From positions 1 to 47,909 of the IMG/VR virus record IMGVR_UViG_2718218171_000003: a DNA stretch of 47,909 nt. The stretch is one strand, 5' to 3'. The first letter of the stretch is position 1. Each line of letters begins with the position of its first letter. A program made the translations under genes and the position numbers. The DNA comes from a virus (lineage: Duplodnaviria; Heunggongvirae; Uroviricota; Caudoviricetes). Positions 8,846 through 17,813 of this stretch are shown here, one piece after another. The notes beneath the pieces were generated by a model that was not told the origin of the DNA, did no database searches, and saw only the letters and a program-made list of their open reading frames with translations.

Positions 8846-11220
8846 TAGATTGACTCCCCCACCTGAGCATCAGTCAATGCCTTGTGCCATATTCTGAAAT
8901 TCCTGACATGACCAAATAAATGACGTAACCCGGCTGTAGTCTGGCCTCCAATACGGATAATTGCGGTGTTCTGAATACAGGACCATGTGGTTTTTGTTTC
9001 GCTGGATATATGCCCGTTACTTACTGAGCACGTAGACTGCTCTGACTTTACACGCATCCCCATAACCATTTTTTCAAGCGATGCGTTTTCGTTTACCCGT
9101 CTGTTAGCTCCTCCAATATCGCAATAAGGAAATCCGTCGTAATCTGTTGAACGACCGAAGCCAAGAATAATAGCCGCTCCGGTTTGATGACCGCCGGTAT
9201 CAAAAACACGTGGCGCTGCATTTGGCGTTTTATACCAGTTCTTATGTACCTCACAAAGAACCGTAAAAGGAAGATTATAAAGATTATTCTTAATTGGAAC
9301 TGTAACTATATCGCTTGCGCGGGTCGCCGCCGTCGCTCCTGATATAATAAAAGATGATACACAAGGCCCATCTTCTACTTGTGGGGTGGCCAGATAAATA
9401 TAGTCACCAGATACGGTTGCCCCGCTCTGCTTAGGAGAATACTGTATCTGAGAGCCTATTTTTAACTCCCCATCAATTGCCTGAATTGTTGCCTCTGCAA
9501 AAATCCATCCGGTAGCTTCGTCCTTTCTGACTCTCGCTGTAATCCTTGAGGCAGCACCGCCTGTCATATTAATTTCAAGCGTTTGTGTATCAATATACGC
9601 ATCACCAAGAAAAGTTGTTGCGCTACCGTCATATTTATCAAACCGGATACGCAACCTTACCTGCAGTTCTGTTTTAAAACGACATGAGGTTGTCACGTGT
9701 TTATTATCGCCTGAGACATCAACTGACTTTGTTGCAGCAATTGACGCCATATTAATGGCTGAGGTTTGCCCAATCAGAGAATCGTTGCAGACAAACTTTC
9801 CATAGGTAAAACCAAAATTATCCGTCCCTGTTTCGGGCACATCCATATTTGACGATCGCCCCCAACTGGCAGGGCTTTCCGAATTGAGCATGTAGTTTGT
9901 TCTTTGCCCCTCAATAAGCAGGCCATCACGTTCAAATCGTGGCTCGTCAATGGCAGCCTCTGTCAGCACACCAGATTTGTTAATATAGGTTGCTTTCGAT
10001 GCACGTTTAAACTTAACAATCTTGTCGCCAGGCATCGTTATTTCATCGTCACCAATAACAATTTTTTTATATGATGGCGAAAAGCCCGTAATCATATCCA
10101 GCGAATCGTTAAATGGTATCCACACATCAGGCAGCGGCTGTAAGACATATTTATACGGCTCCGCAGCCTGGCTTGCGTACTCTCTGGCTGCATCTTCGCT
10201 TGCTTTAGCTGCCGTCTGGCTTGCTGCCGATGCTTTCGCTGAGTTCGCAGCCGCTGTTTCGCTCACCTTTGCGTTGGTTTCACTGGTTTTTGCTGCTTTT
10301 TGACTGTTAGCTGATGCAGTGGCAGAAGCAGCCGCCGCGCTTGCAGAACTGGCTGCGGCACTCTCGCTTTGGGCCGCTGCATCCTGACTGCTTTTCGCCG
10401 CAGTTTCACTGGCTTTGGCATTCGTTTCGCTGGTCTTCGCTGCCGTCTGGCTGGACTTTGCGTTAGTTTCACTCGTCTTCGCAGCTTTCTGGCTGTTAGC
10501 CGCAGCAGTTGCTGATCCAGCTGCTGAAGTCGCAGAACCGGCTGCCGCGCTCTCGCTTTGGGCTGCTGCAACCTGGCTGTTTTTTGCCGCAGTTTCACTG
10601 GCTTTGGCATTCGTTTCGCTGGTTTTCGCTGCCGTCTGGCTGGACTTTGCGTTGGTTTCGCTCGTCTTTGCGGCTGTCTCGCTATTTTTCGCGTTGGTTT
10701 CTGATTTTTTGGCTGCTGTCGCGGAGTTTTCTGATGCAGTCTGTGAGGTCGCTGCCGTCTGTGCACTATTAGCTGCATTCGTTTCTGAGGTTTTCGCCGC
10801 GTTCTTCGATGATGCCGCTGCAGTTTCGGATTTCTTTGCCGCCGCTGCGCTCTGAGAGGCGGCTTCGGCGTTGCGTGCCACTTCTTCCACCATTGCCTCA
10901 AAACGACGCAATGCCTCCGGCATGACATCATCTTCCGTCATGGCACCGAGAAAATCATTCAGCGTACCTGGTCTGGAGCCTTCATAGACGGTAATGGTCC
11001 CGGCATGTGAAGGCGGAAAACCTTCAACCAGCAGGATGACGCTGTACTGGCCATGCTCAACATCCATGCTGTAACGCCCGGCTTCATCCGGATTTTCAGA
11101 GGCCACCGTGTTCACCAGTACCGTGGTGCTGTTACGCTTTGCCTTCAGTTGAATAGTGCAGTTCTGTATTGGTTTTCCCGCACCATCTTTCAGCACACCT
11201 GAGATTTTTACTGCTGCCAT
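8845..11220 (-). CDS. stf: Side tail fibre protein (Stf-like), 791 aa, lambda-like N-terminus with a repetitive shaft and a distinct C-terminal domain
   Basis: N-terminus MAVKISGVLKDG...GFPPSHAGTITVYE matches lambda Stf; ATG at 11220 with GGAG RBS; Ala/Ser/Thr/Lys-rich repeats; C-terminus ends GHVRNFRIWHKALTDAQVGE (lectin/LamG-like signature, inferred). Confidence 0.85.
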   Translation of the reverse strand: MAAVKISGVLKDGAGKPIQNCTIQLKAKRNSTTVLVNTVASENPDEAGRYSMDVEHGQYSVILLVEGFPPSHAGTITVYEGSRPGTLNDFLGAMTEDDVMPEALRRFEAMVEEVARNAEAASQSAAAAKKSETAAASSKNAAKTSETNAANSAQTAATSQTASENSATAAKKSETNAKNSETAAKTSETNAKSSQTAAKTSETNAKASETAAKNSQVAAAQSESAAAGSATSAAGSATAAANSQKAAKTSETNAKSSQTAAKTSETNAKASETAAKSSQDAAAQSESAAASSASAAAASATASANSQKAAKTSETNAKVSETAAANSAKASAASQTAAKASEDAAREYASQAAEPYKYVLQPLPDVWIPFNDSLDMITGFSPSYKKIVIGDDEITMPGDKIVKFKRASKATYINKSGVLTEAAIDEPRFERDGLLIEGQRTNYMLNSESPASWGRSSNMDVPETGTDNFGFTYGKFVCNDSLIGQTSAINMASIAATKSVDVSGDNKHVTTSCRFKTELQVRLRIRFDKYDGSATTFLGDAYIDTQTLEINMTGGAASRITARVRKDEATGWIFAEATIQAIDGELKIGSQIQYSPKQSGATVSGDYIYLATPQVEDGPCVSSFIISGATAATRASDIVTVPIKNNLYNLPFTVLCEVHKNWYKTPNAAPRVFDTGGHQTGAAIILGFGRSTDYDGFPYCDIGGANRRVNENASLEKMVMGMRVKSEQSTCSVSNGHISSETKTTWSCIQNTAIIRIGGQTTAGLRHLFGHVRNFRIWHKALTDAQVGESI
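10180..10668. repeat. In-frame tandem repeats inside stf (unit about 189 bp = 63 aa, two full copies plus a partial third)
   Basis: Protein repeats KTSETNAKSSQTAAKTSETNAKASETAAK...ANSQKAA at aa 187-249 and 250-312; near-identical DNA segments about 189 nt apart. Confidence 0.7.
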
Positions 11221-11229
11221 ATCCACTCC

Positions 11230-11258
11230 ACAAAAAAGCCCGCCTGAACCGGCGGGCT
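11230..11258 (-). terminator. Rho-independent terminator between lom and stf
   Basis: Minus strand AGCCCGCC-GGTTCA-GGCGGGCT hairpin followed by TTTTTTGTGG. Confidence 0.55.
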
Positions 11259-11284
11259 GTCATAACACTGTGTTACCTGGCTAA

Positions 11285-11884
11285 TCAGAATTTATAACCG
11301 ACACCCACGATGAAACCGTCAGTGCGCCAGTCACCACTGCCGGAGCCTTCATAAGCAATATCAATGGCCACGGATTCGGTCGGGTTAAACTGCACGCCAG
11401 CCCCCCACGCCAGAGACGTGTTGCTGTGGCGACCGTCATCACTTCCAGTCAGCACATCGTGCGTTTTCCCCTTGCTGTCAGTTACGCGGAGATAATCCCC
11501 GGAGAACGTTGAAACACGGCTGTAAGCCACACCTGCCATCGCATAAGCACTGAACCATTCATTCACGCGTACAGACGGCCCCGCCATCATGCTGAACCAG
11601 CGGTTACGCACTGAATCTTCATGCCAGCGGGTATCGCTGTAATGCGTTTTTTGCTCATCTTTGGCATTGGCATAACTGAATGACGTCACCAGCCCCAGCG
11701 TGTCCGTAAATTCATAACGGTATTTCACGTTAATGCCCTTCAGGTCATCGTTGCCGGGCATATCAGTATGGGTCTGAAGATACCCGGCGCTTAGTGTGGA
11801 CTGATGCTCTGCTGCGCTCGCTGGCGTACCAGCAGCAACCAGCCAGACTACTGCGGACAGAATAACAGCACATAATTTACGCAT
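11285..11884 (-). CDS. lom: Outer membrane protein Lom (Ail/Lom family)
   Basis: 199-aa ORF with signal peptide and beta-barrel-type sequence ending GFIVGVGYKF; position after J as in lambda. Confidence 0.9.
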   Translation of the reverse strand: MRKLCAVILSAVVWLVAAGTPASAAEHQSTLSAGYLQTHTDMPGNDDLKGINVKYRYEFTDTLGLVTSFSYANAKDEQKTHYSDTRWHEDSVRNRWFSMMAGPSVRVNEWFSAYAMAGVAYSRVSTFSGDYLRVTDSKGKTHDVLTGSDDGRHSNTSLAWGAGVQFNPTESVAIDIAYEGSGSGDWRTDGFIVGVGYKF

Positions 11885-11951
11885 AATTACCTCTCGCTTT
11901 TCTGCAATAAAAAAGGCGTCATTTCTGACGCCCGTATTGGGGTTATAAAAT

Positions 11952-14900
11952 TCAGCTGATACTGATGCCTGCGGTGGCTTTCTTCATCACCACAACCAGC
12001 AAATCGCTGATACTTGCTGTGGGATACCAGTCATTTACCAGCCATGCTGACACCGAAAACTCCAGCGTCATGTGACCGTGACCGGCAGGCATATCAATAA
12101 CGCCACTGTAAATCAGCGTATTATCCAGCGCGGTACGGTTATAAATTTCAGCACCGTTTTTCCGCACTATCAGACGGCATGAGGAGTAAATATCAGTATG
12201 CTCTCTCTCATGTTTAGCGCCGCTGAATGCCACCGCCGGAATAACAATCTGCCGGTCAAACGGCTGATCGTCATAAATCCTGACGGTAATGGTCCCTGAT
12301 GGCCACCGTTCCGGTGCACGGGAGTCCCGGGGGAAAGCTTTGCCCACTGTTTTAACGAGATCGCCTTCAATCTGGTTCGCGGACAGTTTTCCCAGAACCC
12401 GGCAGTTCTCGTTAATCGTGACGTTGTTGAGCGTCCCGGAGTTCGCATTCACGTTACCGCTGATATCGGCATTTTTCGCCGTCAGCCGCCCGTCCGGTGT
12501 CAGGGAAAATGCCGGAGGATTACCGCCGCTGGTAATGGTGGGAGCCGTCAGATATTTCAGGAACACTTCGTTCATGAATATCTGATCGCCCTGCCCAACA
12601 AACATCGGCTTTGTGTTGCCATTCGCAGGATTAATCATCGCAATCCTGTCTGCCGCCAGCAGCACCTGACTCTGCATGCCGTCAGGGGTGTTTTCAATAC
12701 CGGCACCAATACCCGCGATATAAAGGCGTCCGTCCTGCATCTGCTGCAGCTTCACAGCCCACATGCTGTTCAGGTTATTATTTGTATCAACCTGAACCTT
12801 CTGTATCTGCTGGATCGCTGCACTCTGGTCTTCCAGTTTCTTATTGACGGTCTGCGTGATTTCATTACTGACATCCGTGATGGACGTTCTGATTTCCGCC
12901 AGGTCAGGCGCAAGCTGACCGTTATCAATCTGCGTCCACAACTCCTGAGCCAGATGGGTTTTCCCTATCTCTCCTTTGAAAAAATCCAGATAGCCGGATG
13001 CATCATCACTCGGCTGGCCAACAGCCTCCACGAATGCCGATTTGCCAACGGTGTTCACACTGCGGATGTAAAAATAATAATCATGGCCCGGCTTGATATT
13101 GATACTGGCAGCTATCCAGTACAGCGCCGTGCCAAGATAGCGGGCTGTGGTTTCAACCTGCCTGATATCCGCAATCCGCTTTTCCGAGAACCAGAACTCA
13201 AACTGTACCGTCGGATCATAAACGGCAAGATACGGCGTGGCGGTTATCTGAAAATAGCCCGGCGTCAGCTCAATCCGCGACGGCGCTGCCGGTGCGGCAA
13301 TCCGGAACGATACCGATGCCGGATCGCCCTGCTGCCCCCAGGCATTTGCCGCCCGGACTGTCAGCCTGTAGTTTCCCAGCGCCAGTTGCGTGAAGCGGTA
13401 TGTGGTTTCCGTCGTCCTGGCCGTGCTGACCAGCCGCTCACTGCCGTCATCCGCTGCCACGGTCAGACGAAGCATAAAGCTCACGCCCTTCACCACCTTC
13501 GGCGTGTCCCATCGCGCCAGCACCTGATATTCCCCGCTGTCTGCGGTGACTTCGGCGGTCAGGTGCTGCACCGCTGGCGGCGTGACACCATTCACCGTGC
13601 CGCTCTGGTCGCCGTCAAAGTGCGCCCCGTTATCCACGATGGCCTCTTTCTCCGGCACATGCTGCACGGCGGTGATGGCATACGTGCCGTCGTCGTTCTC
13701 ACGGATACTCACGCAGCGGAACAGTCGCTGGCGCAGCGTCGGCAGCTTCAGCCCCCATACGCTGTATTCAGCAACACCGCCAGGAACACGGCTCACTTTT
13801 ACCTTCACGCCGTCGGTGACGGACTGAACCTCCACGCTGACCGGATTCCCCTGTCCGTCAACCAGGCTTATCAGCGTGATGCCGGAGGATGGCAGCGTGA
13901 TTTCACGGTCGAGCGTCAGCGTCCGCGTCTGGCTGTTCACCGCCAGCACGCGCCCGCCGATGCTGATACCCGCATAGTCATCATCACAGATTTCAATGAC
14001 ATCGCCCGGTACATGGCGAAGCCCTTCGGCACCCACGCTGAAGTCCACGGTCTGCGTTTCCAGCAGCTCCGTTTTAATCAGCCACAGCCCGGCGCGGTGT
14101 GCCTGCCCCCGGCTGGTACAGCCAAAGGCATCCATCTTCGTGACGTTACGACCGTAACGGGCAATGGCCTGCGTATCTTCAACAAGCTCTGTCGCCGTCT
14201 CCCAGCCGTTATCCGGGTCAATCCAGTTCACCTCAACGGCATTATGGCGGTCCTTCAGGGCGCTGAAGCTGTAGCGGAACGGCGCGCCATCATCCGGCAT
14301 CACCACATTACTGCGGTTATAGGTCCACACCTTATCCGACGGTCGGTCCTGCACGAACGTCAGCGTCTGCCCGTTCCATACCGGCATACAGCGCATCGCC
14401 GAGCAGAAATCACTGAGCACATCCCACGCCTTGCGCTGTGTGGTCAGGTACGCATTACAGGTGATGCGCGGCTCCGTGCCACCAAAGCCATCCGGCACCG
14501 ACTGGTCGCAATACTGGCCGATGACATACAGCGCCCATTTGTCCACATCCACCGCACCAAGACGTTTCCCCATGCCGTAGCGCGGATGGGTCAGCATATC
14601 CCACAGACACCAGGCCATGTTGTTGCTGTATGCCGGTTTAAACGTTCCGTCCCAGATACCGCTGTATTGCCGCGTCTGCGGGTTATAGTTCGACGGCACC
14701 TGCAGAATACGCCCGCGCAGATGATAATTACGGCTCACCTGCTGGCTGCCGAACTGCTCCGAATCCACCTGTACGCCGACCAGTGCCGTGTTCGGGTAGC
14801 ACTGTTTCACATCGATGATTTCGGTGTATGACGACCAGAGCGTTTTGTTCTGCAGCTGGTCTGTGGTGCTGTCCGGCGTCATCCTGCGCATCCGGATATT

Positions 14901-15431
14901 AAACGGGCGCGGCGGCAGGTTATCCACCACCACCGAGGCCAGATACTGCGAGGTGGTTTTGCCTTTAATGGTGATATCTTTTTCCGTCACCCAGCCACCG
15001 TTACGCTGTATCTGAACCAGCAGACGGACTTCCGACGGATTCCGGTCCCCCTTTGAGGTGGTTTCCACCAGTGCCTGCACACCGAAGGTAAAGCGCAGTC
15101 GGTCGATGTTTGCCGACGTGATGGTGCGGGTGATCGGCGTGTCGTATTTCACTTCCGTACCCAGCACCGTCTCGGAGCCGGAGGATTCAAATCCCTCCGG
15201 CGGAGTCTGCTCCTGCTCACCAGCCCGGAACACCACCGTGACACCGGCGATGTTGGTATTCCCCTCACTGTCCAGCACCGGCGTACTGTTCAGCAGCACG
15301 CTTTTTAATCCATCCACCGGACCTTCAATCGGCCCTTCACTGATGGCATCAATCACACTCAGCAACTGCGTGGATTTCAGGTTGTCCTTCGCTTCGCGCG
15401 GGGTATGCCCCTTACTGCTGCCTTTACCCAT
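11952..15431 (-). CDS. J: Tail tip host-specificity protein J (1159-aa variant)
   Basis: N-terminus [54 protein letters not shown] as in lambda J; position and size. Confidence 0.95.
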   Translation of the reverse strand: MGKGSSKGHTPREAKDNLKSTQLLSVIDAISEGPIEGPVDGLKSVLLNSTPVLDSEGNTNIAGVTVVFRAGEQEQTPPEGFESSGSETVLGTEVKYDTPITRTITSANIDRLRFTFGVQALVETTSKGDRNPSEVRLLVQIQRNGGWVTEKDITIKGKTTSQYLASVVVDNLPPRPFNIRMRRMTPDSTTDQLQNKTLWSSYTEIIDVKQCYPNTALVGVQVDSEQFGSQQVSRNYHLRGRILQVPSNYNPQTRQYSGIWDGTFKPAYSNNMAWCLWDMLTHPRYGMGKRLGAVDVDKWALYVIGQYCDQSVPDGFGGTEPRITCNAYLTTQRKAWDVLSDFCSAMRCMPVWNGQTLTFVQDRPSDKVWTYNRSNVVMPDDGAPFRYSFSALKDRHNAVEVNWIDPDNGWETATELVEDTQAIARYGRNVTKMDAFGCTSRGQAHRAGLWLIKTELLETQTVDFSVGAEGLRHVPGDVIEICDDDYAGISIGGRVLAVNSQTRTLTLDREITLPSSGITLISLVDGQGNPVSVEVQSVTDGVKVKVSRVPGGVAEYSVWGLKLPTLRQRLFRCVSIRENDDGTYAITAVQHVPEKEAIVDNGAHFDGDQSGTVNGVTPPAVQHLTAEVTADSGEYQVLARWDTPKVVKGVSFMLRLTVAADDGSERLVSTARTTETTYRFTQLALGNYRLTVRAANAWGQQGDPASVSFRIAAPAAPSRIELTPGYFQITATPYLAVYDPTVQFEFWFSEKRIADIRQVETTARYLGTALYWIAASINIKPGHDYYFYIRSVNTVGKSAFVEAVGQPSDDASGYLDFFKGEIGKTHLAQELWTQIDNGQLAPDLAEIRTSITDVSNEITQTVNKKLEDQSAAIQQIQKVQVDTNNNLNSMWAVKLQQMQDGRLYIAGIGAGIENTPDGMQSQVLLAADRIAMINPANGNTKPMFVGQGDQIFMNEVFLKYLTAPTITSGGNPPAFSLTPDGRLTAKNADISGNVNANSGTLNNVTINENCRVLGKLSANQIEGDLVKTVGKAFPRDSRAPERWPSGTITVRIYDDQPFDRQIVIPAVAFSGAKHEREHTDIYSSCRLIVRKNGAEIYNRTALDNTLIYSGVIDMPAGHGHMTLEFSVSAWLVNDWYPTASISDLLVVVMKKATAGISIS

Positions 15432-15491
15432 TCCTCACGCTCCAGAAACGACAAAACCGCCCGCAGGCGGTTTCACATAAAACATTTTGCA

Positions 15492-16139
15492 TCAGCGACC
15501 AATCACCACAACCTGACCACCGTCCCCTTCGTCTGCCGTGCAGATCTCCTGAGATACCACGCGTGACCCCACGCGCATTTCACCGTACAGAACGGGCAGA
15601 ACATTCCCCTGGGCAACCATGTTATCCAGTGAGGAGAAATAGGTGTTCTGCTTACCGTTATCCGTTGTCTGTGTGCGGGGAGTTCTGGCTTTCGGTGCCA
15701 GCATCTGAGCCACACCGCCCAGGATCATACTGGCCCCTGCCGCATACATGCCCGATACAGCCGCGGCACCCAGCCAGCCCACAGGGTTCCACCATGCCAC
15801 CGCAATCAGCGCCGCACCCAGCACTGCCTGAAAAACACCGCCACTTTTAGCTCCCGCCAGACGCGGCACAATGTGGATCACGGCACCATTTGCCAGCGGC
15901 TCATTAAGACGGGCAGATAATTCATTTTCGCCTGCATCACGCCCGGCAATGCGCACCTGATACCAGCCCTCATTCAGTTTCTGGCGAAACGACGGAAGCT
16001 GCGTGGCCAGCGCCCGGATGGCTTCGGCCCCCGTTTTCACACGAAGGTCGATGCGGCGGCCAAATCGTTGTAAATCCCCGTAAAGGCAGATGCGTGCCAT
16101 GCCCGGTGACGCCAGAGGGAGTGTGTGCGTCGCTGCCAT
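15492..16139 (-). CDS. I: Tail tip assembly protein I
   Basis: MAATHTLPLASPGMARICLYGDLQRFGRRIDLRVKTGAEAIRALATQLPSFRQKLNEGWYQVRIAGRD matches lambda I. Confidence 0.9.
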   Translation of the reverse strand: MAATHTLPLASPGMARICLYGDLQRFGRRIDLRVKTGAEAIRALATQLPSFRQKLNEGWYQVRIAGRDAGENELSARLNEPLANGAVIHIVPRLAGAKSGGVFQAVLGAALIAVAWWNPVGWLGAAAVSGMYAAGASMILGGVAQMLAPKARTPRTQTTDNGKQNTYFSSLDNMVAQGNVLPVLYGEMRVGSRVVSQEICTADEGDGGQVVVIGR

Positions 16140-16780
16140 TTGTCTGTATACCTCTCTCGTTTGCTCAGTTGTTCAGGAATATGGTGCAGCAGCTCGCCGT
16201 CGCCGCAGTAAATGGCGGCATGATTCGGCACCGATGAACCAAAACAGCACAGCAGCACATCGCCCGGTTGTGCTGATGACAACGGCACCTGATACAGCCC
16301 TGTGGCCTCCAGATTATCCAGATAGAGATTCTGACCGTGACGCCACCAGTCATCCCCGCGATGAAAATCCGGCATCTCAATTCCCGCCAGATGGTAAGCA
16401 TCCCGGAACAGCGTGTAACAGTCCGTCACCCCGTGCTCAAAGCGCCGCCCGGTGAGATGCGGCACACAGCGGAATTTATGAATCACCCCCCGGCAGACCA
16501 GCCACCACGGCAAATCACTCTGCACCTGCAGCCGCCGGTCGGCCTCACTCAGCCAGGGCAGACCACCGGGGTGGCTGTGGACCAGCGCCACAATCTCTCC
16601 CTGCATTTCTGCCTGCAGCCAGTCCTCCGGCGACATCCGGAAATAATCCTCCGGCTCACCGGAGATATTCACGCAGGGAAAATATCTTTCCCCCTCCGGC
16701 GTTCTCACCACGAAGCCGCACGACTCCGCTGGCGCACATCGTCGGGCGTGCGCCAGAATCGCTGATTCTGTCTCTGTCAT
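16037..16780 (-). CDS. K: Tail tip assembly protein K (MPN/JAMM plus NlpC/P60-like), long 247-aa form
   Basis: Matches lambda K; JAMM motif HSHPGGLPWLSEAD; ATG at 16780 lies 5 nt after the L stop; a shorter 199-aa form would start at the internal MSPEDW. Confidence 0.85.
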   Translation of the reverse strand: MTETESAILAHARRCAPAESCGFVVRTPEGERYFPCVNISGEPEDYFRMSPEDWLQAEMQGEIVALVHSHPGGLPWLSEADRRLQVQSDLPWWLVCRGVIHKFRCVPHLTGRRFEHGVTDCYTLFRDAYHLAGIEMPDFHRGDDWWRHGQNLYLDNLEATGLYQVPLSSAQPGDVLLCCFGSSVPNHAAIYCGDGELLHHIPEQLSKRERYTDKWQRRTHSLWRHRAWHASAFTGIYNDLAAASTFV

Positions 16781-16785
16781 GGGAT

Positions 16786-17484
16786 TTACTGCGAAAGTTT
16801 GTTAATGGAAAGGAAGCCGCCAAAGTTGCCGACATTATTGCGAAACTTACAGCCACTCAGGCATTTGCTGCATTTATCCTTCGTGATATCGGACGTCGGC
16901 TGGTCATATTCATCCGCGACCGCCGGACCGTTATAACCGCACTCATCACCGCGATAGGTCCAGGTGCAGGTATTAGCCAGCATGATGCGCCCCGGAAAAA
17001 CAGCACCATCCGTTTCAGTCGGCGTGGACAGTACAAAAGAGGCACTGACCGCGCTCAGTTCGCTGCACTGCTCGATGCGCCAGCGGCTGATCACCTCCTG
17101 CTCCGGATCGGCATCACTGTTTCCGTTGACGAAGTTCACCGCATCCAGAAAACGGGCGTAAACCTTACGCCTGACCACCGTTCCGCCGACCAGACTCTGC
17201 AGATCTTCCGCCATCCCGGTGACCATGCCGTACAGGTTAGAGACTGCCAGCGTGGGGCGCGTACTGGTGCCTTTGCCATTCAGTTCAAAACCACTCCCCT
17301 GAATGGGATACGCCAGATACTGCCGCCCCTGCCAGGTGACCGGCTCACCTTTTTCGTTCTGCTCATTACAGAAAAAATAACGTTCACCACCGACCTCTGT
17401 CAGATCGATTTCCCAGAGCACCACGCTGGCCGACTGCTCCGCACGGGTGCATTCATTCAGTGTTTCCTGCCGGATATCCTGCAT
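16786..17484 (-). CDS. L: Tail tip protein L
   Basis: 232-aa ORF matching lambda L in sequence and position. Confidence 0.95.
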   Translation of the reverse strand: MQDIRQETLNECTRAEQSASVVLWEIDLTEVGGERYFFCNEQNEKGEPVTWQGRQYLAYPIQGSGFELNGKGTSTRPTLAVSNLYGMVTGMAEDLQSLVGGTVVRRKVYARFLDAVNFVNGNSDADPEQEVISRWRIEQCSELSAVSASFVLSTPTETDGAVFPGRIMLANTCTWTYRGDECGYNGPAVADEYDQPTSDITKDKCSKCLSGCKFRNNVGNFGGFLSINKLSQ

Positions 17485-17813
17485 CAGTTCACCACCTGTT
17501 TAAACTCTGCGCTGAACTCAACACGCAGCATACTGACCCGCGACGTCCATTTTGCGCAGATCACCTTTATCTGCCGCCAGTCATAAGGCGGCGTCCACAG
17601 AAAGGCTTTCCAGCCTCCGTGCTCTGCCAGAAACGATTCCAGCGCCGTGACCTCCCAACGGGGGACAGAAATCGTCACGCTGTACGTTTTCAGGTTGGCA
17701 TTCAGCCCGGCAGGCGCGCGCTGGGAGTAACCATCACCAAAGCGCACCTCCCTGACGGAAGGAGCCGAAGCCACATCCATACCCGGTTTCACTTTCCAGC
17801 GGAAGGTTTTCAT
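17484..17813 (-). CDS. M: Tail tip protein M
   Basis: 109-aa ORF matching lambda M. Confidence 0.95.
   Translation of the reverse strand: MKTFRWKVKPGMDVASAPSVREVRFGDGYSQRAPAGLNANLKTYSVTISVPRWEVTALESFLAEHGGWKAFLWTPPYDWRQIKVICAKWTSRVSMLRVEFSAEFKQVVN

Noticed and set aside
10180-10668. Tandem repeats considered as a possible CRISPR array
   Set aside because: Repeat unit is about 189 bp, in frame within a tail fibre gene, with no short repeat-spacer alternation and no cas genes.
10263-10931. 222-aa minus-strand and 146-aa plus-strand ORFs across the stf repeat region
   Set aside because: Alternative frames of the repetitive stf shaft; low-complexity Arg/Gln/Pro or Ala/Val/Phe-rich translations; the stf frame is supported by lambda-like termini.
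12954-14831. 625-aa plus-strand ORF antisense to J
   Set aside because: Lies entirely within the well-supported J gene on the opposite strand; Arg/His/Pro-rich composition typical of antisense frames of GC-rich coding DNA; no start or RBS context.
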